DNA of 64,000 nucleotides, taken from Leptospira sp. (GTDB lineage Bacteria; Spirochaetota; Leptospiria; Leptospirales; Leptospiraceae). Each line of letters opens with the position of its first letter. The stretch's first letter is position 1. The DNA lies in contig JAPZRK010000007.1 in the NCBI GenBank assembly GCA_027531445.1, positions 24,320 to 88,319 on the forward strand. Direction: 5' to 3'. The notes under the pieces were generated by a model, which saw only the letters and a list, made by a program, of their open reading frames with translations, ran no database searches and was not told the origin of the DNA. Positions 1 through 10,018 of this stretch are shown here, piece by piece. The translations under genes and the position numbers were made by a program.

Positions 1-63
1 GAAATCAACTCTTTTGATCGTTTCATCTACTGGAAAATTCAAAGTTGGTGAGGAAATGCTCAT
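1..63 (-). CDS. Possible 5' end of a CDS running off the left edge (partial)
   Basis: CAT at 61-63 lies 7 nt past the stop of the 71..970 gene; frame MSISSPTLNFPVDETIKRVDF stays open to base 1. Not in the ORF track. Confidence 0.35.
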   Translation of the reverse strand, partial: MSISSPTLNFPVDETIKRVDF

Positions 64-70
64 GTCTATC

Positions 71-970
71 TCATTTCCCTGCATCATGCAATTCAGTAAA
101 GTGGATTTTCCAAAGCATGTTACCAGATCTTGATTGTGTTCGTGAAGTTTCATGTTGAAATAAATATTTATGAAGAGCGTTGATTGTTTGCGGGGAGACT
201 CCTGCCTCTCCAGGATCTAAAACCTCATAGTATTTTCTAAATTCTCTGATTACTTTAGGTAGAGACGGTTGCAGGAATCGAAGCGAAAGCGAAAGATAAT
301 CAATACCGATCGGGCTATAAACTCGACCCATCGGCCAAATCTCAGAATTGATACCAAGTTCATTTCTGATTTGGTTTTCCAGATCCGAGAAATTTAGTTC
401 ATCAAAAATTTCAGAAAACCTTTGGGGTTTGCTTTTTTCATCTCGATCCGACTCAAGCTTAAAAACTCCACCACGAAATCGAACTGCCTTAAAATCTTTT
501 ACAAAATCACCATCCATTGTAATACTTTCGCATGGAAAAATTTTAACTTGGAAGTAAATACGATCGGTCAATACACTTTGACTTTGATTTTGAGCAGCAG
601 GTTTTTTAATTTCCTCAGGTTTAGCTCCACCTAAGTATTGTAAATCTGTAGAGAATACATACAAAAATTGCTTATCTGCAAACAAAATGGGTCTTACAAA
701 AAATAATCTATGGGTTTCTCTTTTCGGTCTTGGTTCAGGTAATAGACTCGTTCCTTCTATAGCTTCCGGTAAAAAATGAGCCAAGATATTCACAAACTCA
801 GATATGGACGAAAATTCTGGATTTGTTATTGAGGATGATGGTAGTGTAAATGTTTCGCTAAACCGTATGTAAGGCGAATGGAGGTTGTCAACAAACACTT
901 CACCCGGTTTGTTTTTGCCATCTAAATCCAAAAGAAATTTATTTAGTGAAGTAAGATCTTTGAATTGCAT
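71..970 (-). CDS. Hypothetical protein (299 aa)
   Basis: Long ORF 1 nt downstream of the beta-galactosidase stop; no motif recognised. Confidence 0.8.
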   Translation of the reverse strand: MQFKDLTSLNKFLLDLDGKNKPGEVFVDNLHSPYIRFSETFTLPSSSITNPEFSSISEFVNILAHFLPEAIEGTSLLPEPRPKRETHRLFFVRPILFADKQFLYVFSTDLQYLGGAKPEEIKKPAAQNQSQSVLTDRIYFQVKIFPCESITMDGDFVKDFKAVRFRGGVFKLESDRDEKSKPQRFSEIFDELNFSDLENQIRNELGINSEIWPMGRVYSPIGIDYLSLSLRFLQPSLPKVIREFRKYYEVLDPGEAGVSPQTINALHKYLFQHETSRTQSRSGNMLWKIHFTELHDAGK

Positions 971-971
971 A

Positions 972-2954
972 TTATTTTTTTAGTTTTGTAATTTCGAATC
1001 CATATGGGGAGAATCGTTTAAAACCTACCCATTTAGATTTCATCGAATGATTCATGGTGATTTGGTAATTATATTTTTTTCCATGTCTTACGTGTCTCTC
1101 TATGGATCTGCCTAAAAATTGAAAAGGGATTCCAATGTCTTTACAAACCTTACGGAAGAAAATTGGCATACTCTCTGGACTTAAAGAAGTACCTACATAG
1201 TAAACTCTTCCTTTGCCATATTGATTCATTGTAACTGCCGCTGTTCCTTTATAAAACTTTTCGGAGTCAGAGTATTTAGCAACAACTTTGGCTGTGGTAG
1301 GTTCTAAGACTTCGCAAAACTTTTTTCCTTTTAGTCTCCATAGTCCCATCCTCAAGGAAGTGGTATCATTTCCAATTGCTTCAAATTTGTGGACTTCTAC
1401 ACCTGCCAGCTTTGCGAATTTTCCAGGAACTGCCTCTTCAACCATCCAATGATCTTGGTCTTTAATTCCTGCTCGGTATCCAATTACCAAACTTCCACCA
1501 TTTTCAACATATTCATGCAACTTACTAACAAAAGATTCTTCGAACATTGTATACAGGGGAAGGATAATCAGCTTGTATTTTGTTAAGTCGATATCAGCTC
1601 TACTTGGAAGATAATGTGTATTGACATTCAATATATTTGTTCCAGCAAACCAAGTCGCCATCTCGATATCATAACCTACTTTCGCAAATGGAGCGGGATC
1701 AAATTTTAAGCCGTCCGTCAATGGTTGGTGTTTGTAATTTCTAGCATTTTCTATATCGTGAATTACGGCAACATCTGCCGGGTACATAACGCTATCTACA
1801 TCTTCCGCAAACTCCCGAATCTTTTGTATTGTATCCTTGAGTTCAAAATATTTGTGTGTTTTTTTCTTCCCGTGATCTAAAATTCCATAGCACAATTGTT
1901 CCTGACCAAATCTCGCAGTACGATATCTAAAAAAATAAATTTGTTCTGCACCATTAACGACGGCCTGCAAGAGCCATAGACCTATTTGTCCAGGCGGAGG
2001 CAGATAGCCTAACGTATCATGTCCTTGAACACCTGAAAATTGTTCCATAATTGTGAAGGATTTGTTTTTTAATCCACGACTGTACTGTAATGTTGCACTA
2101 ACAAAAGGATGAGGAAACGGCTCTTTCTGGTTTCCCCACACCGGATAATTATCCCAAGAAGTGTAATCCATAAACTTAAACATTTCGTACATGTCTGTGA
2201 CAGGCAAAAATGGCGAAGGAAATAAATTTGTAGTAATAGGTATGTTCGAATTGTATTTTCGAATGATATCTGCTTGCAACCGGATATATGAAATTAACTC
2301 ATCCGATTGAAATCGATAATAATCTTGAATCATTGCAGGATTGAAGTTACTCGCTACGTGTGCTCCAGGGATTGGAATTTCAGACCAGTCTGTGTAAATA
2401 ACTCCCCAAAACACATTCCCCCAACGTTTGTTTAGCGAAGTAATATTTTTATATTTAGCCTTTAGCCATTTTCTGAAATTTGATTCTGCCAATGGTGAGT
2501 AATCCAAATCAGAACCTTCATGTCCTGGCTCATTGTCGATTTGCCAACCAATAACGGCAGGATGTTTGGCATAATGTTTTACCATTGCGGTGACAATTTT
2601 CTCCGTTGCTTTGCGAAATGCAATTGATGAGAAAGAAGCCTGCCTTCGGGTTCCAATAATGCGAGTAATTCCGTCCTTGGATACTTGTACTATTTCAGGA
2701 TGCTTCTTAAACAGCCATGGCGGAAAGGTGGCAGTTGGCGTTCCCAGAATAGCTGTCATTCCAGCCGATTGGATTTTGTCTAGAATGGCATCGAACAAGG
2801 AAAAGTCGAATTTGCCTTCTTTCGGTTCAATCAGTCCCCAGGCAAATTCGGCCAATCTGACAGAGGATAGACCCATCTCCTTCATTAGCGCTAAGTCTTC
2901 GTCCCAATCTTTCTCTGTCCATTGTTCTGGATAATAATCAACACCAAAGATCAT
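972..2954 (-). CDS. Beta-galactosidase, glycoside hydrolase family 42
   Basis: GVDYYPEQW N-terminus, LAEFAWGLIEP, WQIDNEP (acid/base Glu), IMEQ (nucleophile Glu), RYRTARFGQEQ; 660 aa with trimerisation domain. Confidence 0.92.
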   Translation of the reverse strand: MIFGVDYYPEQWTEKDWDEDLALMKEMGLSSVRLAEFAWGLIEPKEGKFDFSLFDAILDKIQSAGMTAILGTPTATFPPWLFKKHPEIVQVSKDGITRIIGTRRQASFSSIAFRKATEKIVTAMVKHYAKHPAVIGWQIDNEPGHEGSDLDYSPLAESNFRKWLKAKYKNITSLNKRWGNVFWGVIYTDWSEIPIPGAHVASNFNPAMIQDYYRFQSDELISYIRLQADIIRKYNSNIPITTNLFPSPFLPVTDMYEMFKFMDYTSWDNYPVWGNQKEPFPHPFVSATLQYSRGLKNKSFTIMEQFSGVQGHDTLGYLPPPGQIGLWLLQAVVNGAEQIYFFRYRTARFGQEQLCYGILDHGKKKTHKYFELKDTIQKIREFAEDVDSVMYPADVAVIHDIENARNYKHQPLTDGLKFDPAPFAKVGYDIEMATWFAGTNILNVNTHYLPSRADIDLTKYKLIILPLYTMFEESFVSKLHEYVENGGSLVIGYRAGIKDQDHWMVEEAVPGKFAKLAGVEVHKFEAIGNDTTSLRMGLWRLKGKKFCEVLEPTTAKVVAKYSDSEKFYKGTAAVTMNQYGKGRVYYVGTSLSPESMPIFFRKVCKDIGIPFQFLGRSIERHVRHGKKYNYQITMNHSMKSKWVGFKRFSPYGFEITKLKK

Positions 2955-3029
2955 AAATTTCCTTTTTCCGATTGCCTAAACTTGATTCAAACACAGACTG
3001 AATTGGAAAACACCTCTTTCAATCAAATA

Positions 3030-3893
3030 ATGGCCGATCAAGTTATTTTAGGTATACATCCACAAAATCATTTTCGATTTTCAATTGCTGAAATTTCGAA
3101 TACTGCATCTGAAATCAGTAAGCTACACCAATTGAATCAGGAAATGTCTGTATTTCTGTCAAAAACGATGCTAGGGGCACTTTTTCTAGCAGAAATGACC
3201 AAAAACCAACAAAGAGTCAGCATTCAATGGAAGGATGATAATAATAAATCAGCGCTAGCATATAGCGATCGTTATGGTAGAATGAAAGCAGTAGCCTATG
3301 GAGATAGATTAGAAGAAGGCGATATACGGAATGAATTTATCCTCGGACAAGGCATTATGAAAGTAATCCGATGGCAATATGATTCAGATTTTTATCAATC
3401 ATATACAAATCTGATCGAAGATACATTCGAAACAAATTTTCTTAAATACTTAGGTGAGTCGGAACAAGTTAAATCTATTGTTGGAATGGATGTAGAAACA
3501 CAAAAAGATGTTGTTAGTTCGCTCAGAGTTAAAGGGGTTATGTTTGAAGCACTTCCTGAGGCCACAGAAGAAGACATTGTTTTCATAAAGAAAAATATAG
3601 AACCACTGTTAAAAAAAGAAAGTTTTTGGAATTTATCCGCAGAAGAGATGCGATCTGAACTGATGATTGCACTCTCATCAGAACTTCTTGTGTTGTCTAC
3701 CGAAGAACCAGCCTTTATTTGCGATTGTTCTAGATTTAAGGTTTCAGAAATTATACTCTCATTAGGCAGAATTGAAGCAGATTCGATTCTTGATGAATTG
3801 GGCCAAATTGAAATTACTTGCGAATTTTGCAAAACAGCATATCAATACAATCAAGAAGATGTTCAAGTCTTATTCAAAGATGAAGCAAATTAG
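3030..3893 (+). CDS. hslO: Hsp33 redox-regulated chaperone
   Basis: C-terminal CDCS...CEFC zinc motif and family-like N-terminus. Start moved from 2922 to ATG 3030 to avoid overlap with the divergent GH42 gene. Confidence 0.88.
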   Translation: MADQVILGIHPQNHFRFSIAEISNTASEISKLHQLNQEMSVFLSKTMLGALFLAEMTKNQQRVSIQWKDDNNKSALAYSDRYGRMKAVAYGDRLEEGDIRNEFILGQGIMKVIRWQYDSDFYQSYTNLIEDTFETNFLKYLGESEQVKSIVGMDVETQKDVVSSLRVKGVMFEALPEATEEDIVFIKKNIEPLLKKESFWNLSAEEMRSELMIALSSELLVLSTEEPAFICDCSRFKVSEIILSLGRIEADSILDELGQIEITCEFCKTAYQYNQEDVQVLFKDEAN

Positions 3894-4326
3894 ACTTCAA
3901 TTAAAGGAAAACGAAATTTCTAAAATATTTAAGGATTTTACGAATATCATTGAGAGTTACCTTTCTTTAAATTTCTTTCCTACTGTATTGCTCTCCGGTG
4001 ATTTAGGAGCTGGGAAAACTACATTTGTCCGGCAATGGATGAGCTCTGTTGGTTCAAACGATTTAGTGAATTCTCCAACATTCGCATTACAAAACGTATA
4101 CCAATGGAATAATTTAGAGGTTCATCATTTTGATCTTTATCGGATTAAATTTCAAGATGAAATCGATGAATTAGGTTTTCAAGAAATTTGGGGAAATGGC
4201 TGTATTTCTTTTATAGAATGGTGGCCAAATGCAATAAACAAACTTCCAACATCTGGATTGATTCGGCTGGAGATTCTTCACGATACACCTGATAGCAGGG
4301 TATATGTCTTGGAATCTGAACACTAA
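3880..4326 (+). CDS. tsaE: t6A biosynthesis ATPase TsaE
   Basis: LSGDLGAGKTT Walker A, VNSPTF, HFDLYR, FIEW. Start moved to ATG 3880 (overlaps hslO end). Confidence 0.93.
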   Translation: MKQIRLQLKENEISKIFKDFTNIIESYLSLNFFPTVLLSGDLGAGKTTFVRQWMSSVGSNDLVNSPTFALQNVYQWNNLEVHHFDLYRIKFQDEIDELGFQEIWGNGCISFIEWWPNAINKLPTSGLIRLEILHDTPDSRVYVLESEH

Positions 4327-5000
4327 TGAAGATATTATTTATTGATAGCACTCAAGACTGGATACACGTGGCTCTCATCGAATCAATTGAGTATCAGCTA
4401 CCACTGATAACAAAATTTGAACTCTTTGAAATGGCACCGAAAGAATCTTCCTTTCGTCTGGTTGCTGAAATCAAAAATGCGATGATCCAAAATTCTTGGA
4501 TCAAGCCAGACAGAATCGTTTGTCTGACAGGACCTGGTTCTTTTACAGGTATCCGCATTTCGGTTTCAACCGGCAGAAATCTTTCTCAGTTATGGAAAAT
4601 ACCAATATTAGGCGTCGATAGCCTTGAGGCATATACCTTATCCTTTCAACAAACATACTCTAAGAATGTTATGCTAGCTCTCGATGGAAAACAAAACAAA
4701 TGGTATTTCGGAATGCGTAACCAACATGAATACCTCGGAAGCTATGACCTTGAGGAAAAGCAAATCGAACAGAGAATACTTGAATTTCGATCCACAGAGG
4801 ATATTTATTTTTTTTCTGGTAAAAAACCTGAATGCTTTCCTTTTCAAAGTATAAAAATTGAAGAGACTTTACTGAAATCTATGCCTATAGTAAATATACT
4901 GCACTCACAATTAAAAGAGTTAGAATTTCAAACTTCTAATTACATAAGTTTACTTCCAAATTATATACGAGGAAGTTACGTGGAAACTAACAAGAAATAA
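4326..5000 (+). CDS. tsaB: t6A biosynthesis protein TsaB
   Basis: ILFIDST start, GPGSFTGIRI signature, follows tsaE. Confidence 0.92.
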   Translation: MKILFIDSTQDWIHVALIESIEYQLPLITKFELFEMAPKESSFRLVAEIKNAMIQNSWIKPDRIVCLTGPGSFTGIRISVSTGRNLSQLWKIPILGVDSLEAYTLSFQQTYSKNVMLALDGKQNKWYFGMRNQHEYLGSYDLEEKQIEQRILEFRSTEDIYFFSGKKPECFPFQSIKIEETLLKSMPIVNILHSQLKELEFQTSNYISLLPNYIRGSYVETNKK

Positions 5001-7171
5001 TGGATACATATAAATTACAAAAGAGAATCATCGAATATCTTGACTCCAAGGTGGGCCGAGAGGTCACAAGACCAGAGTTAAAGAATAAATTTTTAGATAT
5101 AGTAGACAAACCACAAAAAACCTCCCTTAAAAAGAAATCCAATTTTAAGGGAAAAGACAAATCAAATCGCAAAGAGATGGAAAAGAGTATAGACAATCTA
5201 CTCTTTTCCCTTGAGAAAGAAGGACTATTACAAACACATAAGAAATCAATGCTTGTCGTCGCACCCTTTCGCTTTATTGGAAGAATTTCCATTTCTAGGC
5301 GCGGGGATGGTTTTTTGAGACTACCTAGCAAAAATGAAGTTTTTATTCCAGGTCCCTTAACAAACACAGCAATCAGCGGAGACCGCGTCGAGGTATTGCC
5401 CTTAGGTATTGGAAGAAAAGACCGATTCGAAGGAGAGGTAGCTAAAATTATAAAACGTGGCCGTCAACTCTATCGAATGAAAGTAAAAGAAAAAACATCA
5501 AAATATATTTTTGGTCGTTTTCTTGATATGTTAGGCGATGATAAAGAAGGTGTTATACATACTAAAAGTTTATTGAAAGATACTATTGATAACATCAAAG
5601 TAGATGATATATTAATCGTAAACTTGAAAGAAGGTTCTCGACCTGACGATAATCTTTACGAAGTAAGTTTTAACCGTTTTGAATCTGATACAAAAGAAGA
5701 TCCAGATTTAATGCGCATCTTGATGAAATATGATTATACAATTCAACATCCAGACCAAATCAAAATAGACTTTAGTGAAGAAGTATCTGCAAAAACCGTA
5801 AAAGATTGGAATCAAAGGACAGACTTACGAGATTTATATGCAGTCACCATCGATGGTGAAACGGCAAAGGATTTTGATGATGCGATAAGTTTTACTGATG
5901 AAGGCAGTCGTTTGAGAATATGGGTTCACATAGCCGATGTTTCGCACTATGTCATTCAAAATTCCGACCTAGATGAAGAAGCCTACAGTCGAGCTACATC
6001 GGTTTATTTAGCAAATCGAGTCGTCCCGATGCTTCCTCCAATTCTTTCAGAAAATCTATGCAGTCTAGTTTCGAATGTTGATCGATTAGCCTTTACAGTG
6101 GAAATGGAAGCCAGTAAGGAAGGCGAGATTTACAATGCTAAATTCTACAAATCAGTCATAAATGTGAATAAGCGATATACTTACGAAATGGCTGAAGACG
6201 AAATTTTAGCCGCCGATCCAAAAAACTGGATTTATCAAATCTCGAGATTTACTGAAAATTTAAGAAAACGCCGAATTAAAGAGGGACGAGTAGATCTAAA
6301 TCTCAAAGAAGCCACCATATCTTTTAATAAAGAAAAAAAAGCATCTGGCATTGAAATTCGAGAAAGATTGATTAGTCATATGCTTATCGAAGAACTAATG
6401 TTATCTGCCAATATGAAAGTAGACGAATATTTACGGAAAAAAGATTCACCTACTCTTCATCGAATACATGAACCAATGGATGAAGATAAATTGGAAATGT
6501 TAAATCAGTTTTTACAATTAAATGGTCATAACATTAGCATTAAAGATATAAGTTATCCGGAGATAATGAATGCAGTCTCAGCTATAGAATCAAGTCCAAT
6601 AGCAAAAATATTTAATTATTTGTTACTTAGAAGTTTTATGCAAGCCTATTACGGAGGAGAAAGTATAGGGCATTGGGGCTTAGGTTTTAAAGATTATTGT
6701 CATTTTACATCGCCTATTAGACGTTATCCAGACTTAGTTGTTCATCGAGTACTTCATGCCACCTTATTGGAAGAAAAAAAGCCCTACGATAAAGGTGCGA
6801 TTTCAATGATGGGTGTGCATTGTTCAGAAGAAGAAAGAAGAGCATCTGATGCGGAAAGAGATATCATGAAGATAAAATCCTTTCGTTATCTGGAGTCAAC
6901 AGGTGTGACTGAGTTTAAAGGGTTTATAGTTGGAATACGACCTTCTCAAATTTTTATCGAATTAGCAGATTCAAACTTAGAAGGCGTCCTAGACAAATCA
7001 GAATTTACGGATGAATTCGAAGTCATGATAAAATCGGACTTTTCCTTCTATTCAAAAAAATATACAAAAAACTTTTTCATCGGTGATGAAGTCTCTGTTT
7101 CATTAGATAGAATTGATTATGAAGAGATTAAAGTTTATCTAAAATTAAAATCCTTTAAAAAAACTACCTAG
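5000..7171 (+). CDS. rnr: Ribonuclease R (RNB family)
   Basis: TIDGETAKDFDDAIS catalytic Asp cluster, VHIADVSHYV, HFTSPIRRYPDL, C-terminal S1-like domain. Confidence 0.93.
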   Translation: MDTYKLQKRIIEYLDSKVGREVTRPELKNKFLDIVDKPQKTSLKKKSNFKGKDKSNRKEMEKSIDNLLFSLEKEGLLQTHKKSMLVVAPFRFIGRISISRRGDGFLRLPSKNEVFIPGPLTNTAISGDRVEVLPLGIGRKDRFEGEVAKIIKRGRQLYRMKVKEKTSKYIFGRFLDMLGDDKEGVIHTKSLLKDTIDNIKVDDILIVNLKEGSRPDDNLYEVSFNRFESDTKEDPDLMRILMKYDYTIQHPDQIKIDFSEEVSAKTVKDWNQRTDLRDLYAVTIDGETAKDFDDAISFTDEGSRLRIWVHIADVSHYVIQNSDLDEEAYSRATSVYLANRVVPMLPPILSENLCSLVSNVDRLAFTVEMEASKEGEIYNAKFYKSVINVNKRYTYEMAEDEILAADPKNWIYQISRFTENLRKRRIKEGRVDLNLKEATISFNKEKKASGIEIRERLISHMLIEELMLSANMKVDEYLRKKDSPTLHRIHEPMDEDKLEMLNQFLQLNGHNISIKDISYPEIMNAVSAIESSPIAKIFNYLLLRSFMQAYYGGESIGHWGLGFKDYCHFTSPIRRYPDLVVHRVLHATLLEEKKPYDKGAISMMGVHCSEEERRASDAERDIMKIKSFRYLESTGVTEFKGFIVGIRPSQIFIELADSNLEGVLDKSEFTDEFEVMIKSDFSFYSKKYTKNFFIGDEVSVSLDRIDYEEIKVYLKLKSFKKTT

Positions 7172-8873
7172 GTTCAACACCTAGGTCCTGTCTCGTCCAG
7201 ATTTTACGAAAGAAGGGTTTACCATCCATCTCAAAGTTCGATAAGAGTTGAATGATTTGGCTTTCACTAATGTTAAATTTTTTCATAGTTTCATAGTTCA
7301 AGCTCATTTGCGAGTGCGTTACCCATTGGATTAAGCTTTCATTATTTCGTTCCGCCTCAGGTAACAATGTGCTTACAAGTTCAAATAAGTTTTTGTGTGT
7401 TAAGAAGGACCCTTTCGAAACGACATGCATTGGAGCCGCGCCATGATCAGCAGTCACTAAAAGTAAAAATTTATCATCGTAATGGGATCTTAAAAAATCG
7501 AATATTTTTCGTATTTCCATATCCGTTGCTGTAAGTACCCTTTCGGATTCTTTAGATTCCCAACCAAATGCATGACCTACGGCATCTGTCGCCTTTAAAG
7601 TAACATATACTAGGTCAGTTACTTTATCATTATGAAGGTTTTTATTTATAATTTCCTTTTCTATACTATTACGAATTGTGTAGCCATCTAATGCAACTTG
7701 ATATTCAGACGATTGGAAGAGTGAAACTTTTTTAGTAAAATCTACACGATCTTTTGCTTCAAATGTAGAAATGACTTTCCCTTTATTTGAAAGATAAAAT
7801 TCATAAAAATCTACTTTCTGATTAGAACTTGGTACTTCGAATGCTTTATCAAAGGTATCCCAGCGTAAGGTTAATGAATTTGCCCAATAAACAAAATCTC
7901 TATCTGGAGAGGAGTTGCTTGAATAAGATTTTAACTTATCAAGAAGTTCGATAGGAATATCTTTACCATGTCCCGCCATTCCAATGCTAGCACGTGCCGC
8001 ATAACACTGGCTTATAATGACTGGAATATTATTATTCGCATAATCCCAATCATCTGCAAGTGTCAATGACTTAAATTGAGATAAATCTAATTGGTAATCT
8101 TTTCCTTGAAAAACAGGTCTTGAAACTACTTTACCATTTTTCCATGTATAAACTTCGTTAGAAAAGACTTCCGTTGTATTCGGAAACTTTCCTGTACCAA
8201 TTGCCGCATGCCCGACAACCGTATGAGCTTCAAGATGAGCGACTTTTGCATTTTTAAAGTAGGCTGATTGATTTTTAAATGATTTAAGGAATGGAAATGA
8301 GTTTGGATGTGCTTTGTAGAGTTGATCTCCACCTTGGTCAACTATGATGGTAACAATTATTTCTGGCTTCTCTTTTGTTTCCCTGAATACTTTATCGAAT
8401 TTTTTAAGCTCAATTTCCTTTTCAAACGGATGTTGGAGCAGTCTTGCGTATATGGAAGGAATGTGCTGTTGATAAATCTGATCCGAGTAAACACCAGACC
8501 GAATCCACTTGGGTCCATAAAGCCAAATAGGAATATTCGAATCGTATGAGTAGTTTGTGTAGTGCGATGTGTATTTTACTTCTTTCTCAAATTCCGGATG
8601 AGATTCTTCCCAACCCCAATTTTCCCTTAGATCGTCCCAAGAGAGATCATGCTCTATCATAATTTCTTTTAATTCTTCTTTTGAAAAATGTGAAAGAGTG
8701 CTTGCCTCACCTCCGTAATTATCCAGAAGATTGAACGGATAAGGTACTAAAATCAAATCAGTATCTTTTTGGATCGATCGTACAGCCGCATCCCGGTAAT
8801 CGCGCTCCCAACCACATGAGATTATGGATATTAAAAGATACAAAGCCATACATAGATTACTGATTTTAATCAT
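7164..8873 (-). CDS. Alkaline phosphatase superfamily (PafA-like) lipoprotein, apparently circularly permuted
   Basis: Lipobox-like IISC; IIVDQ, HTVVGHAAIGTG, TDAVGH, TADHG motifs; the usual C-terminal H-x5-YD-x2-IP-x3-YG segment sits near the N-terminus. Confidence 0.85.
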   Translation of the reverse strand: MIKISNLCMALYLLISIISCGWERDYRDAAVRSIQKDTDLILVPYPFNLLDNYGGEASTLSHFSKEELKEIMIEHDLSWDDLRENWGWEESHPEFEKEVKYTSHYTNYSYDSNIPIWLYGPKWIRSGVYSDQIYQQHIPSIYARLLQHPFEKEIELKKFDKVFRETKEKPEIIVTIIVDQGGDQLYKAHPNSFPFLKSFKNQSAYFKNAKVAHLEAHTVVGHAAIGTGKFPNTTEVFSNEVYTWKNGKVVSRPVFQGKDYQLDLSQFKSLTLADDWDYANNNIPVIISQCYAARASIGMAGHGKDIPIELLDKLKSYSSNSSPDRDFVYWANSLTLRWDTFDKAFEVPSSNQKVDFYEFYLSNKGKVISTFEAKDRVDFTKKVSLFQSSEYQVALDGYTIRNSIEKEIINKNLHNDKVTDLVYVTLKATDAVGHAFGWESKESERVLTATDMEIRKIFDFLRSHYDDKFLLLVTADHGAAPMHVVSKGSFLTHKNLFELVSTLLPEAERNNESLIQWVTHSQMSLNYETMKKFNISESQIIQLLSNFEMDGKPFFRKIWTRQDLGVEPR

Positions 8874-9927
8874 TTTTCTTTACTCACTTTTAACAAACGT
8901 CAATTGTAATACCTTCATTCGGCGAAGTGCAAAAAAGCAAGTGCGAATTACTGTTGTCGGAGATATCATGTTTCACAGTTCACAGCTTGTGAAATATTAC
9001 AATTCCAAGACAAAATCGTATAATGCTGAAGAGAGTTTCCAATGGATACGTCCGAAATTTGTAAATTCAGATTTGGTAATGGGAAATCTTGAAACAACAA
9101 TAGTAAATCATGCCGAACTTTACGGTGGATACCCTCGCTTTGGCTCGCCTAAGGAAGTTGTATTGGCATTAAAAAATTCTGGATTTCATATACTATCGAC
9201 AGCAAACAATCATTCCGCGGATAAAGGGAGTCATGGTATAGACTTTACTATAGATACGGTCTTAGATAATGAAATGATTCCTTTGGGAACTTACAAATCC
9301 GAAGCAGACTTTCGAAATAGAAGAAATTTCATGATGAATAAAAATGGAATCAATATCGCTATTTACAATTACACTTATTCGACAAATGGAATCAAGGTTC
9401 CGAAAGGAAAAATAGTCCGTCTGATTGAAGAAGAAAGCTTAGAGAAAGACATTTCTTTTGCAAAACAAAATGGTGCAAACTTCGTAATCGTTTGGTTTCA
9501 TTTTGGAACTGAATACCAAACTAAACCTGACGCTTACCAGAAGAAATGGGTGAATAGAGCTTTAGAATTAGGTGCAGATGTTGTAATCGGTGGTCACCCA
9601 CATGTAGTTCAAAAATTGGAAAGAGTGGGTGACAAATTTTTCGCATACTCTCTTGGAAATTTTCTATCTGCACAAAATAAACCGTTTACTGACGGTGGAT
9701 TAGTTTTACACTTCGATCTCATTCTCTCTGGCAATGAAAAAGATATTACGAATATTTTACCTGAAGCAGTATGGGTTGATCCCTCAAATTATCAGATCAT
9801 TCCCATTGATGACGCTTTAGAGGGTAAATTGGAAATTAAATTATCAGACAGCAAAATGATAAGAATGAAAAATTATAAGAAGCAATATTTGAATGTAATT
9901 TCAGATATTGAAGAATCTAAGAAATAA
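8824..9927 (+). CDS. CapA/PGA_cap family metallophosphatase-fold protein
   Basis: VGDIM, GNLET, ANNHSAD, HFGTE, GGHPHV, YSLGNF; hydrophobic N-terminus. Confidence 0.9.
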   Translation: MDIKRYKAIHRLLILIIFLYSLLTNVNCNTFIRRSAKKQVRITVVGDIMFHSSQLVKYYNSKTKSYNAEESFQWIRPKFVNSDLVMGNLETTIVNHAELYGGYPRFGSPKEVVLALKNSGFHILSTANNHSADKGSHGIDFTIDTVLDNEMIPLGTYKSEADFRNRRNFMMNKNGINIAIYNYTYSTNGIKVPKGKIVRLIEEESLEKDISFAKQNGANFVIVWFHFGTEYQTKPDAYQKKWVNRALELGADVVIGGHPHVVQKLERVGDKFFAYSLGNFLSAQNKPFTDGGLVLHFDLILSGNEKDITNILPEAVWVDPSNYQIIPIDDALEGKLEIKLSDSKMIRMKNYKKQYLNVISDIEESKK

Positions 9928-10018
9928 CGATATTTATTGAAATTTTTTTACACTTTCCGATTTTGAATATCTTGAATATTTCGTTGCACGATATTCCTAA
10001 TCAATGTCTCCAAAATCG

